DNA of 64,000 nt from a virus: the IMG/VR virus record IMGVR_UViG_3300025009_000011; one strand, 5' to 3'. Below, piece by piece: positions 1-8,700 of the stretch (positions are counted from its first letter, which is position 1; each line of letters begins with the position of its first letter). The position numbers were made by a program, and so were the translations under genes. The notes under the pieces were generated by a model, which had not been told where the DNA came from, searched no databases, and was given only the letters and a program-made list of their open reading frames with translations.

Positions 1-487
1 CAGGAATCAGGTTAAGGGTTAAGGGAATCAGGTTAAGGGAATCAGCAGGGCTAGTTTCGTGCAAAACTTGTTCTTGCATGGTGCTAGTATGATGCTCGTT
101 TAGTTCTTGTTCCGAATAAAGCATTTCCTCGTCAGGTTCAGGTATCTCGCTTTCCACTTCTTTCATATGTGGGTTTTGGTGTTTTTTCCAGTTAAGCACC
201 GCGATATACCTCTCCCCTTCTACGACGTAGCGAGTTATGAATTTCATTTTCCATAGTTCGTTCAGTAAGTTATTTACATCGCAATCGTCATAAGGGAGAA
301 CGCAAGCTTTAATTTTCTTCGGGCTATCCCTTAGCCTCCCAGCCTTATCCGCTATCGTCCATAACCCGGCGAATAACAATCTTCCTAGTGGTTCTATTTC
401 AGCTAGTTCGTCATTAAGAAAAAAACCAGGCTTAATATTTCTTGAACGTGCCAATTCCTCACCCTCTAATAAGATATCTAATCTCAT
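1..487 (-). CDS. phage replication-associated protein, N-terminal part (3' end runs off window)
   Basis: Open frame from ATG 487 to the window edge (MRLDILLEGEELARSRNIKPGFFLNDELAEIEPLGRLLFAGLWTIADKAGRL..NWKKHQNPHMKE). Absent from the ORF track because it is truncated. Overlaps the HNH stop by 29 nt. Confidence 0.5.
   Translation of the reverse strand, partial: MRLDILLEGEELARSRNIKPGFFLNDELAEIEPLGRLLFAGLWTIADKAGRLRDSPKKIKACVLPYDDCDVNNLLNELWKMKFITRYVVEGERYIAVLNWKKHQNPHMKEVESEIPEPDEEMLYSEQELNEHHTSTMQEQVLHETSPADSLNLIPLTLNLIP
3..45. repeat. tandem GGAATCAGGTTAAGG repeats at window edge
   Basis: Copies at 3-17 and 24-38, with a partial copy at 38-45. They lie inside the replication-protein frame and may continue beyond the window. 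Confidence 0.6.
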
Positions 488-1235
488 CCTTAAATTCTCC
501 CCAATATCTAACGCTTCTCACTACTTCTTTTAACCTGCCTAAACTAATTCCGTTATTATAAGCATCCTCAAGAAGATCGAGAGCCTCCCACATATCTATC
601 TGACTAAACCTATTTTTAAGAATTCCTCTCACATAATATAGATCCCTAAGGTATGGTCTTTCTTGTTCACGTTTCTTATTTGCACAAATTTTTCCAATGT
701 AATCAAAAGATTTTTGAACTGATTCAATAGTCACCTTGCCTTTATTATCAGTTCTGAGATATTGACCACACGACGCTTCGATAGAATCAAGCACCACTTC
801 TAATGGGAATTTACCAACGATAGACTTTAAGTTTTTAACTCCATTTTCGGTAATTGTAAACGGCTTAGCATGACTCTCCCATTTTTCCCGAACATACTTT
901 AATTTTGTGTCCTCGATTTCGTTTAATCCCTCGCGCCACTTCATCATCATTTCAAGCTGTATTCTCCGCTCGTTTAACTCGTCTAATTGAGCCTTTTGTT
1001 TTTCAACTGCAGTATTGTCGCTTAATTTTCTTTTACCTTTACCTAAATTACATGCTTCGCAAGATGTGATTAGGTTCGTAAGCGTATTCCTTCCACCTTC
1101 GTATACTGGGTTAATATGATCGGCGTGAAGAATTACTTCTGGTGCCGACTTGCCACAATATTGGCATTTAAAACTATCACGCTTAAATACCTCGAATCTC
1201 ATTTTCTTCGGGATAGCTTTTCTTTTTGTTACCAT
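459..1235 (-). CDS. HNH endonuclease
   Basis: CQYCGK..HADHINPVYEGGRNTLTNLITSCEACNLGKG HNH/zinc motif at the N-terminus. Confidence 0.85.
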   Translation of the reverse strand: MVTKRKAIPKKMRFEVFKRDSFKCQYCGKSAPEVILHADHINPVYEGGRNTLTNLITSCEACNLGKGKRKLSDNTAVEKQKAQLDELNERRIQLEMMMKWREGLNEIEDTKLKYVREKWESHAKPFTITENGVKNLKSIVGKFPLEVVLDSIEASCGQYLRTDNKGKVTIESVQKSFDYIGKICANKKREQERPYLRDLYYVRGILKNRFSQIDMWEALDLLEDAYNNGISLGRLKEVVRSVRYWGEFKDEIRYLIRG

Positions 1236-1267
1236 ATGAACTCCAACTCCTCACTCTCTATACTAAT

Positions 1268-1339
1268 ATTATAACACAAATTGGCACAAGCAACAATCTA
1301 TAAACATAAGTTGCTATTAATTTATGTAGATTGTATAAT
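1268..1339. promoter_or_regulatory. back-to-back divergent promoters with inverted repeat
   Basis: Leftward promoter: -35 TTGTTG (1291-1296 rc), 17 nt, TATAAT (1268-1273 rc). Rightward promoter: TTGCTA 1311-1316, 17 nt, TATAAT 1334-1339. The repeat AGCAAC/GTTGCT (1288-1293/1310-1315) spans both -35 boxes. Confidence 0.55.
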
Positions 1340-1361
1340 ATTAATAAACGAGGTGATTACT

Positions 1362-1538
1362 ATGGCCGGAAAATTAAAGAACAGGGAACGATTCGGGGCT
1401 GCTTATGATAAAGAGTTATTGGTCGAATTACGCAAATTAGCCAAGGAAACTAGGATACCAATTAGCAGGTTACTTGATGAAGCTATAGAGGATTTAGTCA
1501 AAAAGCATAAGAATAAGGAGAAGGAAAGCAAGGGATGA
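1362..1538 (+). CDS. ribbon-helix-helix (CopG/Arc-like) small DNA-binding protein, paralog 1
   Basis: ATG 1362 follows SD AGGTGA. MAGKLKNRERFGAAYDKELLVELRKLAKETRIPISRLLDEAIEDL fits a strand plus two helices. The upstream part of the track ORF is promoter. Confidence 0.7.
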   Translation: MAGKLKNRERFGAAYDKELLVELRKLAKETRIPISRLLDEAIEDLVKKHKNKEKESKG

Positions 1539-1559
1539 TAAGCCCTTGCTTATTTTTTT
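1527..1559 (+). terminator. intrinsic terminator hairpin overlapping RHH stop
   Basis: AGCAAGGG (1527-1534) pairs with CCCTTGCT (1543-1550), followed by TATTTTTTT. Confidence 0.6.
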
Positions 1560-2499
1560 ACTCAAACATCGTTATATTCCCCGCACTCTCTGGCAACACT
1601 ACAGATTCAAGGTTCTTCCTATTCTGATTAAAATAACTTTCCTTCAGTTCAATTCCTATCGACTTCCGGCCCATCTCTAAGGCAACATAACCAGTCGATC
1701 CAACTCCTGCAAATGGGTCAAACACAACATCACCCGTATTAGACCACAACTGCACACCGCGACCAATTATATCCATGCTCATTGGGCAAATATGGCGCTG
1801 GTCGGCATCCTCTCTAGCCACTTTATGATTCAATGTGTTTCCAAAGTTAATGTCCATCCAGACCGGGGAAGCATATCTGCGCCATCGTTCGTGCTGCAAT
1901 GTTCCTTCTGTTGGTTCGTTCTCCCCAATGAAGTAATCTAGTCCGTTTTCATGGAATACTCGTTCCTCATTAACCCCAGGCTTGCGAAATGCTAACAGAT
2001 ATTGAGGTATTCCGGCCCGACACATTGCCGAATCCTTGCATAGTTGCTTGTGCATTAGTCCCAATGCCTTAGTTCTCACAGCTTCGATTAGCGGGTCCTT
2101 CCACATGCAATGCTCGCTATGAAAGATGAACCCTGCATCAATGAATAGTCGAATCAGATCACCCCTAAAGTCATGTAGCCCAATATATCCGTCTCGTTCC
2201 TTCATGGCTGGGATATTCATGCAATCTATCGCGACTATGCGACCGGGCTTTGTTATCCGCATAAGTTCGTTTATCAGGTATCCAAAGTGTTTGTAGAACT
2301 CTGAGCTAGTCCGGCAATTGCCAAGGTCCCTAGGAGAATCTGAATAGCAATATAAATTTTTATATGGAGGGGACGTCATTGTTAGGTGAACTGAATCAGT
2401 AGGTATAGCCCTAATAACCTCTACACAATCTCCGTTATAAATTGAGTAATTTTCCTTAATAACAAGATTATCAACCTTTATTTCTGAGATATTAACCAT
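1558..2499 (-). CDS. DNA methyltransferase (N4-C/N6-A, beta-class motif order)
   Basis: SPPY motif (TSPPYKNLY) lies upstream of DPFAGVGSTG, the AdoMet motif. Confidence 0.85.
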   Translation of the reverse strand: MVNISEIKVDNLVIKENYSIYNGDCVEVIRAIPTDSVHLTMTSPPYKNLYCYSDSPRDLGNCRTSSEFYKHFGYLINELMRITKPGRIVAIDCMNIPAMKERDGYIGLHDFRGDLIRLFIDAGFIFHSEHCMWKDPLIEAVRTKALGLMHKQLCKDSAMCRAGIPQYLLAFRKPGVNEERVFHENGLDYFIGENEPTEGTLQHERWRRYASPVWMDINFGNTLNHKVAREDADQRHICPMSMDIIGRGVQLWSNTGDVVFDPFAGVGSTGYVALEMGRKSIGIELKESYFNQNRKNLESVVLPESAGNITMFE

Positions 2500-3254
2500 G
2501 ATGGTAAAATCATCTCCTTCAGTATAAATTTTTTATCAACATTTTTCTTACTGTGAATAAATAGGTGGCACTTTTTGCATAGTAAAACAAGATTATCTGG
2601 ATTTTTGCGTAAAAACTTATAACTAACGAACGGATACATATGATGGATGTTAAATTTTTCTTCGTTTTTATCCACAAGTCTATGATCCTTGCCACAAAGT
2701 TCGCATATCGCATTAGCCCTTTTCCATACAGCCTTTACCGCGTCTTTCCATTCTTGGCTTGAGTATTCAGCCTGTCTGTCGGGAGAAATTCCTCCCCGCC
2801 AACTTGCCGGCTTAGCCCCTGGATATTTCAACCAATGTTTACCGTTCTTTAAGTAGGGAACATGGCCATCTTTAAGCCTAAGTATGCGTTTGTTTTCCTT
2901 GAATTCCTCGGTGTGATGCTTTCCCTTAAAGGGTGGGTCTTCACCCCTTAGATGCCAATTAAATCCTTCCCTTTTCTCCCACCCTGTTCCTCTTTTTCTA
3001 GTTTCTATACCTTCATTCACTAACCATTCATAAACGCGCTTTGGATCACGTTTAACAATCTCTGCAATCTCATATGAACTAAGGCCCTCAACGATGTATT
3101 TCTGATATAACCACTCCTTATTAACTGGTTTTTGGTCGCGTTGCCACGAAGCCTTGCAATCCATGTTGCAAAAATGCATACCACCCTTAGTCTTATACCT
3201 TTTAATATTTGCCCCACATTTAGTACAAACGACATCTAACTTCAAAATAACCAC
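2478..3254 (-). CDS. HNH endonuclease with N-terminal zinc finger/HTH
   Basis: C-terminal NIHHMYPF..NLVLLCKKCHLFIH and N-terminal CTKCG..CNMDC. Overlaps the methylase start by 22 nt. Confidence 0.75.
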   Translation of the reverse strand: MVILKLDVVCTKCGANIKRYKTKGGMHFCNMDCKASWQRDQKPVNKEWLYQKYIVEGLSSYEIAEIVKRDPKRVYEWLVNEGIETRKRGTGWEKREGFNWHLRGEDPPFKGKHHTEEFKENKRILRLKDGHVPYLKNGKHWLKYPGAKPASWRGGISPDRQAEYSSQEWKDAVKAVWKRANAICELCGKDHRLVDKNEEKFNIHHMYPFVSYKFLRKNPDNLVLLCKKCHLFIHSKKNVDKKFILKEMILPSWLISQK

Positions 3255-3267
3255 CCCTATCTCCTTA

Positions 3268-3339
3268 ATTATATCATTATTTATCTGATAAGTAAAGATA
3301 AGTGAACACCTTTACTTATCAGTAATGATAGTATATGAT
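3268..3339. promoter_or_regulatory. symmetric divergent promoters with 13-bp inverted repeat
   Basis: Repeat arms CTGATAAGTAAAG 3285-3297 and CTTTACTTATCAG 3310-3322; each arm contains a TTACTT -35 box. Leftward -10 is TATAAT (3268-3273 rc). Rightward -10 is TATGAT 3334-3339. Both spacers are 16 nt. Confidence 0.6.
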
Positions 3340-3366
3340 ATAATTAAAACGTCAGGGGGATTTGAT

Positions 3367-3507
3367 ATGGCAACCGAAAAAGTATCTTTCACAATTGATA
3401 AGGAAATAATGGTGCGAATTAAGGAATTAGCCGAAAATGAAAAGCGCAGTACAAGTAAAATGGTATCAATATTATTAGATGAGTCACTCGCCAACCGGAA
3501 GAAATAG
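3367..3507 (+). CDS. ribbon-helix-helix small DNA-binding protein, paralog 2
   Basis: ATG 3367 follows SD AGGGGGA. MATEKVSFTIDKEIMVRIKELAENEKRSTSKMVSILLDESL. Confidence 0.65.
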   Translation: MATEKVSFTIDKEIMVRIKELAENEKRSTSKMVSILLDESLANRKK

Positions 3508-3518
3508 CTTCCGGTTTT
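3493..3518 (+). terminator. hairpin terminator overlapping RHH stop
   Basis: AACCGGAAG (3493-3501) pairs with CTTCCGGTT (3508-3516), followed by TT. Confidence 0.5.
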
Positions 3519-3519
3519 C

Positions 3520-4896
3520 CTATGCCCCTTTTAACCATTCCGGAATAACAGCTTTGCATGTTGGCATATAATCCGTCTGTTCCCTCTTTGTACCCCGGAC
3601 ATCAGCACTCGTTATGTTTTGTGTATACTTGACCATCTCATTAATCATCAGCATTGCATCTCGCTCTTTTCTCTCTATATTTGCGACAACCGCGCCCTCT
3701 GTATGGGCCGTTATTATATGGACGTTGACCTCTTTGTTCTGGCCGAATCTCCAACATCGCCTAACCGCCTGATAGAACGCCTCATAGCTGTCTGATAGTC
3801 CAACGAATGCGACATTGTTGCAATGTTGCCAGTTAAGTCCATGACCTGCGATCGAAGGTTTTGTAACCAGTATCCGAACATCTCCACTAGAAAACCCGAC
3901 CATCGAACTCTCTTTGTGATCCTGTTTATCACTGCCTTTTACTTCTACCGCATCAACTATGGACTTCCTGAGCGCTTCGCTTTCTGCGTTTAAGTCGCAC
4001 CATATTACCCATGGTTCATGGATTTGATTTACTATGAACGCACATTTTCTTACCCTATCCTCTATACTCGTCCTGCGAGCCGCCTGACGCTCCTGTAATG
4101 TCATTGCTTCGATAGCGAATAACATACCGTCAGGAGGTTGACTAGTCGTTACCGTGTGTTGGTGCATTTTTAATTCAGGGAGGACATAATCCCCATCCTC
4201 ATACCCTAAGTCTGATGGCTTGCGAATTACTACAGCCCAAGAAGATACCCATTCCCAATATTTCTGAGCAGCATGTCCCTTAACTCGCCATTTACTTGTC
4301 TCGCCGGAATCATGCGTAAAGAACATTGCTAACATTTCGGATCGTTTCTGGACCCCTAAAAACTCTGAATGATTACCTAATTCCATGTAGTCGTTCGGGG
4401 CCGGGGTAGCGGTACAAGCTAATTTATACGGAGTGTTTAGAAACGAATCAGTTATGGCAATCCTAGTCTTAGAGTTCATTCCTTTTAGAATGCTGGATTC
4501 ATCCAAAATAATTCCTGTGAATTTTGATGGGTCGAAGTGGTGTAACATTTCATAGTTTGTAATGTTTATCCCAGGCTTAACGTCTGCTTGAGTTCGGCAC
4601 ACATGGACTGCTATGCCAAATTTCTCGCCCTCTTTAGCGGTTTGTTTACTTACTGCCAAGGGAGCCAATATAAGCACGTTCCCACCTGTGTACTTATTAA
4701 CTTTTTTTCCCCACTCTAACTGCATAGGAGTTTTTCCAAGGCCACAATCAGCGAATATAGCAGACCTGCCTTTCTTTAGTGCCCATCGAACTATATCCTT
4801 TTGAAAGTCGAACAACTTATCGTTTATATCCGTTACTTCAAACCCAACGGGCTGAGTAATGATCTTTTTTGATTCTATAAACTCGCTATACTCCAT
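3520..4896 (-). CDS. SNF2-family helicase
   Basis: Motif I ADCGLGKT, motif II ILDESS, and C-terminal helicase motifs (..RRCWRFGQ..). Confidence 0.85.
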   Translation of the reverse strand: MEYSEFIESKKIITQPVGFEVTDINDKLFDFQKDIVRWALKKGRSAIFADCGLGKTPMQLEWGKKVNKYTGGNVLILAPLAVSKQTAKEGEKFGIAVHVCRTQADVKPGINITNYEMLHHFDPSKFTGIILDESSILKGMNSKTRIAITDSFLNTPYKLACTATPAPNDYMELGNHSEFLGVQKRSEMLAMFFTHDSGETSKWRVKGHAAQKYWEWVSSWAVVIRKPSDLGYEDGDYVLPELKMHQHTVTTSQPPDGMLFAIEAMTLQERQAARRTSIEDRVRKCAFIVNQIHEPWVIWCDLNAESEALRKSIVDAVEVKGSDKQDHKESSMVGFSSGDVRILVTKPSIAGHGLNWQHCNNVAFVGLSDSYEAFYQAVRRCWRFGQNKEVNVHIITAHTEGAVVANIERKERDAMLMINEMVKYTQNITSADVRGTKREQTDYMPTCKAVIPEWLKGA

Positions 4897-5148
4897 CTAT
4901 TTCACGCCTTTAGCCAAAATGTCACTCGCACAGGCCCTGCAAACTTTATCCCCATGCCACGCCACAACCTTGATATCCGATCCGCAGAACATACATCCTA
5001 CCGAACGCTTCTGGATACGCAACCCTTTTCCGTCCGATAGCATTTCTAAAGGCGTAGTTGGTTCGTAACCCATTGTCAATCGTAGTGATTTGGGTATCGT
5101 GATTCTTCCGAAAGAGTCAATTGTTACCGAGATTCCTAGTGGCTTCAT
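4897..5148 (-). CDS. AbrB/SpoVT-type DNA-binding protein with C-terminal zinc ribbon
   Basis: DSFGRITIPKSLR looped-hinge motif, and CGSD..CRAC. Confidence 0.6.
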   Translation of the reverse strand: MKPLGISVTIDSFGRITIPKSLRLTMGYEPTTPLEMLSDGKGLRIQKRSVGCMFCGSDIKVVAWHGDKVCRACASDILAKGVK

Positions 5149-5163
5149 TGATTTATCCCCTTT

Positions 5164-5679
5164 CTATTGCTTAACTCCGTCCTTTTCTCTCCCCTTGAAT
5201 AAACTTACTCCTGTTTTCCAATTAGATTTTGCGTATGCCCTTGATGATGATTCCTTTGTTGTTAGCTTCTTGGTTGCCGTTGCATCCTCTAGGCTCCACC
5301 CATGCTTCATACGCCACTGAAAAGCCTTGTAGGAAACTCCGTTTTTCTCCGCCATAGCTACGCTCTCTAGGGGGTAAATCCGTTTTGACTCCCAGTGTTC
5401 ATTAAGCTTTTCCCCCACCTTGGATACAGGTTGAGTGCAAGCCCTTTCCGGTTCCCATCCTCTCCGCATCCTTCCGTGAAATACTTTAGCCGAAATACCA
5501 TTTGACTCAGCTAGTGCGAAGAATGGTGCCAAATCCCTTCTCTGCCTTATTGGGGTCGTTATAGCCCTTTTCATGTCCCACGCCATATCCCTAACGCGAT
5601 TCTCAAGTGTTTTCTTAGATATGCCATTATTTTTCGCAACCTGGTATTCCTCGGGGGATATATAGTATTGGTAAGCCAT
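5164..5679 (-). CDS. protein with three tandem HTH-like repeats
   Basis: Three repeats: NGISKKTLENRVRDMAWDMKRA, NGISAKVFHGRMRRGWEPERA and NGVSYKAFQWRMKHGWSLEDA. Confidence 0.5.
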   Translation of the reverse strand: MAYQYYISPEEYQVAKNNGISKKTLENRVRDMAWDMKRAITTPIRQRRDLAPFFALAESNGISAKVFHGRMRRGWEPERACTQPVSKVGEKLNEHWESKRIYPLESVAMAEKNGVSYKAFQWRMKHGWSLEDATATKKLTTKESSSRAYAKSNWKTGVSLFKGREKDGVKQ

Positions 5680-5681
5680 AG

Positions 5682-5948
5682 CTACCTCCGATATTTAGCT
5701 GGTATCTTCTCTAATTCCGCACGATCCAAACTCTTCTGCCATGCGAAAATGTCCTTGTTATGTGGTAATTCCAGCTCGTTGCGCTCTTTCTGTATCCGCG
5801 ATCTGCCGCAACCGATGATTTTGCCGACTTCGATGTCGTTTAGTCCGGACATGTAGAGTTCCGTGAATAGGATTGGGTCTATTTCTGTTGCTGTACATTG
5901 CACTTTCCTTCCTCCCTCAAGCTCTGCCAAGCTTTTACGCCTTCGCAA
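5682..5948 (-). CDS. small HTH protein (sigma-70 region-4-like)
   Basis: LNDIEVGKIIGCGRSRIQKE. Start uncertain (alternative ATG 5852), because the 5' end overlaps the upstream ORF by 70 nt. Confidence 0.45.
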   Translation of the reverse strand: MRRRKSLAELEGGRKVQCTATEIDPILFTELYMSGLNDIEVGKIIGCGRSRIQKERNELELPHNKDIFAWQKSLDRAELEKIPAKYRR

Positions 5949-6214
5949 TCCGATTCGTTATTAATGCATTCCCTGATAAAGTACTCCTGATAACCTTCGT
6001 CTTCGCTACACTTTTGGCAGGATGGGCAAATGCTTTCGATGATTGTCCAGCACCCAGGATGGACATACGTGCTACTTACACTTCCATCGCATTCCGAAAC
6101 CCATTCTACTGCCGATTCTCCTTCGTTGATCATCTCTCCACATGCGAAACATCTGCGGTTTTTCCTAGTTCTAAGAACCGGAGAACTCCTTATGAACGTA
6201 GATATAGCAGCCAT
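5879..6214 (-). CDS. Cys-rich hypothetical protein
   Basis: ORF with several CxxC pairs, in operon context. Confidence 0.45.
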   Translation of the reverse strand: MAAISTFIRSSPVLRTRKNRRCFACGEMINEGESAVEWVSECDGSVSSTYVHPGCWTIIESICPSCQKCSEDEGYQEYFIRECINNESDCEGVKAWQSLREEGKCNVQQQK

Positions 6215-6253
6215 CTCCTTTGGTTGGGGTAGTTTTGGCTACCCCTTTATTTT

Positions 6254-6904
6254 TTACTGCGCTGGCTGAGTTGCTTTCACTTTTTTAAGGTCAGATACTA
6301 GCTCATCCAGCATTTCCCTTGTCCATTCCTTTAGGCTTTCAACTTTGGCAAAAGCATGGACCTGTTCTTCTGAGTAACCTAAATTCTTCATCCCTGCCCA
6401 GAAATTAGGCCACAGTATGGGTCCGGTAGCCGCCTTTTGCTCAACTGGTTTTTGGGTTACCACCTTCTGTTGATTAGGCTTAGGTTGTTCGTTTTTACCT
6501 TGCCCGTTGTTTCCGGTTGCGATATTTGCGTCGTCATCTTCATCTGAGCTAATGCCAAGAATTGCCGACAAAGCATATCTGCGACCATAACTGATGGCAC
6601 TCCCGGCTCCTTGTGCCGTTACCTTGTCAGCCTTTAGGACTAACGGTTCACCTTCAATCCATTCCCCTGATGAGTGCATAAGTAATGTCGTTACCACGAC
6701 GTGTTCTCCATCACCAGAAGGGCTTTGTAGGACGCTTAAACCATGCTTGGCTAGAATTGGTCTAGTGGTGTTAATTACCTCGTTCAACGGGCAATATTTT
6801 GACTTGAAAAATGGGTTATTGGCTGTGTTTTTTGGATTAGAAACTTCACCTTGGAATAGGCTTAACGCCATCGCTATATTAGCTATACTTTCCGACTTGT
6901 TCAT
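6254..6904 (-). CDS. erf: ERF-family single-strand annealing protein
   Basis: NPFFKSKYCPLNEV..GSAISYGRRYALSAILGI pattern, next to a Gp157-like gene. Confidence 0.8.
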   Translation of the reverse strand: MNKSESIANIAMALSLFQGEVSNPKNTANNPFFKSKYCPLNEVINTTRPILAKHGLSVLQSPSGDGEHVVVTTLLMHSSGEWIEGEPLVLKADKVTAQGAGSAISYGRRYALSAILGISSDEDDDANIATGNNGQGKNEQPKPNQQKVVTQKPVEQKAATGPILWPNFWAGMKNLGYSEEQVHAFAKVESLKEWTREMLDELVSDLKKVKATQPAQ

Positions 6905-7395
6905 TTAATTCTAAGACTCCTTCCTTGAGTGACTATTACCCCATCCACCTCTTCGCCGTTTTTCCACGCCTTAGCAATCTCATCCTTCCTAGCTGTATAA
7001 CTCGCAGGAATGAGGGTTAAATATTTTTGGGGTATCTTGTCGATGTCCACAACCTCAACTGATGGAGGATTATTTTGGGTATAAATAGTTCTAGTTGGAG
7101 TCTTAATCTTCTCCATTTTCAACTGTTCGAGGTTGGATTGGAGATACTGCTTAATATTCTTAGATGCGCTCTCCCTAGCCACCCGGCGTTGGCTTAACCG
7201 CTTTTCCTCAGCTTTTATTACTTCTGCTTCAGCATCGAGGGACTTAATCAGATTAGCAATATTCACCGCCTTGACCTCGATTTGGTCCGTAATAGCCGTT
7301 AGAGCGTTCAAAATGTCGATGTCAGGATTTTCCTCGTCGATAAGATTTAAAACGTTTTCATAGGCTTCTGATAAAGAATACAGGGCTATACTCAT
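6901..7395 (-). CDS. Gp157-like protein
   Basis: Acidic coiled-coil N-terminus YSLSEAYENVLNLIDEENPD, immediately upstream of the recombinase. Confidence 0.55.
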   Translation of the reverse strand: MSIALYSLSEAYENVLNLIDEENPDIDILNALTAITDQIEVKAVNIANLIKSLDAEAEVIKAEEKRLSQRRVARESASKNIKQYLQSNLEQLKMEKIKTPTRTIYTQNNPPSVEVVDIDKIPQKYLTLIPASYTARKDEIAKAWKNGEEVDGVIVTQGRSLRIK

Positions 7396-7589
7396 TCAGA
7401 TAAGTCCTCCTTCGGTTCGAATTTATTTCCCATGCAACCACCTGGACATCCTTCGTTATGCTCACAATTCTGGCAATTATTAGGGTCTTCCTCCTCGACT
7501 ACTCTGGATTCAAAGATGGGATCATATTCCGATTCATGAAACTCTCGAAACCACTCTCTCCCCTTAAACAAAAGACTCACACGGCCCAT
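7392..7589 (-). CDS. hypothetical Cys-rich small protein
   Basis: ORF overlaps its neighbour by 4 nt. Confidence 0.4.
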   Translation of the reverse strand: MGRVSLLFKGREWFREFHESEYDPIFESRVVEEEDPNNCQNCEHNEGCPGGCMGNKFEPKEDLSE

Positions 7590-7977
7590 GTAGTTCTAAA
7601 GCATTGCCCAATATGGTAGAATAGCCTTGAGTAGTTTCTTTGTCACCCGGGGCCTCTGTTTGCAGCAGGGTCCCTTCTCTTTGCTCAATTGTCTTCTTTA
7701 TCACAAGATTGATTAAAGTTTCTTCGTCAACATCGATCGAAAAATACTCCGATAAAACACCATCCTCGACGCTAATCCCTGCCTTACCTCGGTATTCTAA
7801 TTCAGGAAAGATTGCATTTAGTAAGACATCTATCTCGTCCCAGTCAGCATTGACTTTAGATATGACCGTGACGCGTCTTAGTGCGTTGGAGTGACCGTCG
7901 ATGGACCAATGTTCGATTAGTTGGCTATCTCCTAGGTCCTGGATGGCTGAAAGTTCAGTTGGGGTTAGTTTTCGCAT
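7564..7977 (-). CDS. hypothetical protein
   Basis: ORF in operon. Confidence 0.45.
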   Translation of the reverse strand: MRKLTPTELSAIQDLGDSQLIEHWSIDGHSNALRRVTVISKVNADWDEIDVLLNAIFPELEYRGKAGISVEDGVLSEYFSIDVDEETLINLVIKKTIEQREGTLLQTEAPGDKETTQGYSTILGNALELHGPCESFV

Positions 7978-8263
7978 GTTGGTTGCTCCTTTCTGCCCAA
8001 TTTAAGCAATCCGTTCTACTGAAGACTGGATTAAACGGCTCCCCAACTCTCCCCCGGCCAACATAATCCACCACTACAGCCTTCATGCTGCCATCATCCT
8101 TATCCTCGCCCCGAATCACATTTCCACACCGCATTAGCTCGGTGAAATCAGCCTTATTGCGCTTGATACGTTCCTCCATAACCTTCTTCTCTTGCTCGAT
8201 TTTGTAGGCTTGGATTTCGCGATTGATCCATGTTTTGATGGCTTTAACAATTTTCCTTAACAC
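7955..8263 (-). CDS. hypothetical protein
   Basis: ORF in operon. Confidence 0.45.
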   Translation of the reverse strand: MLRKIVKAIKTWINREIQAYKIEQEKKVMEERIKRNKADFTELMRCGNVIRGEDKDDGSMKAVVVDYVGRGRVGEPFNPVFSRTDCLNWAERSNQHAKTNPN

Positions 8264-8496
8264 CCTAACGCCCTCCTTTTTCGCTTATTCCTCGGACGCT
8301 CACGCTTTGCCACAATAGGCACATTCTCTCGCCTAGAACATTCTCCCTGACAAAACGGAAACATTAGATTCGTGAATAAAACTCCTTCTGTACTAATTTC
8401 CCAAGTTCTACCGCATGGGCAGGTTATCTTGACTTCACCGTCAGGCAGGTTGACTTCTTTTCCACATAAACAAGTTTGGTTTTGCTGTTTGGTCAT
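8257..8496 (-). CDS. zinc-ribbon small protein
   Basis: CLCGK..CPCG. Confidence 0.45.
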   Translation of the reverse strand: MTKQQNQTCLCGKEVNLPDGEVKITCPCGRTWEISTEGVLFTNLMFPFCQGECSRRENVPIVAKRERPRNKRKRRALGC

Positions 8497-8508
8497 TTGG
8501 CATCCCTC

Positions 8509-8691
8509 CTACTTAATCAACCGTGATGTGAAAACTTTCAACTGACCTTCAGTTAACTGCACCGACTTCAGGACATCCTTAAAGCCTGGTACGGACTTCG
8601 AGTTGATGCGTTGGGCCTCTTGATACTTGAGTCTTCTGGCTTGGTCTTTACGCAATAGACTTGCTCCTTTCAAGCGGTGGATAATGATCAC
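8509..8691 (-). CDS. hypothetical small protein
   Basis: ORF in operon. Confidence 0.35.
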   Translation of the reverse strand: MIIIHRLKGASLLRKDQARRLKYQEAQRINSKSVPGFKDVLKSVQLTEGQLKVFTSRLIK

Positions 8692-8700
8692 TCCCTTACT

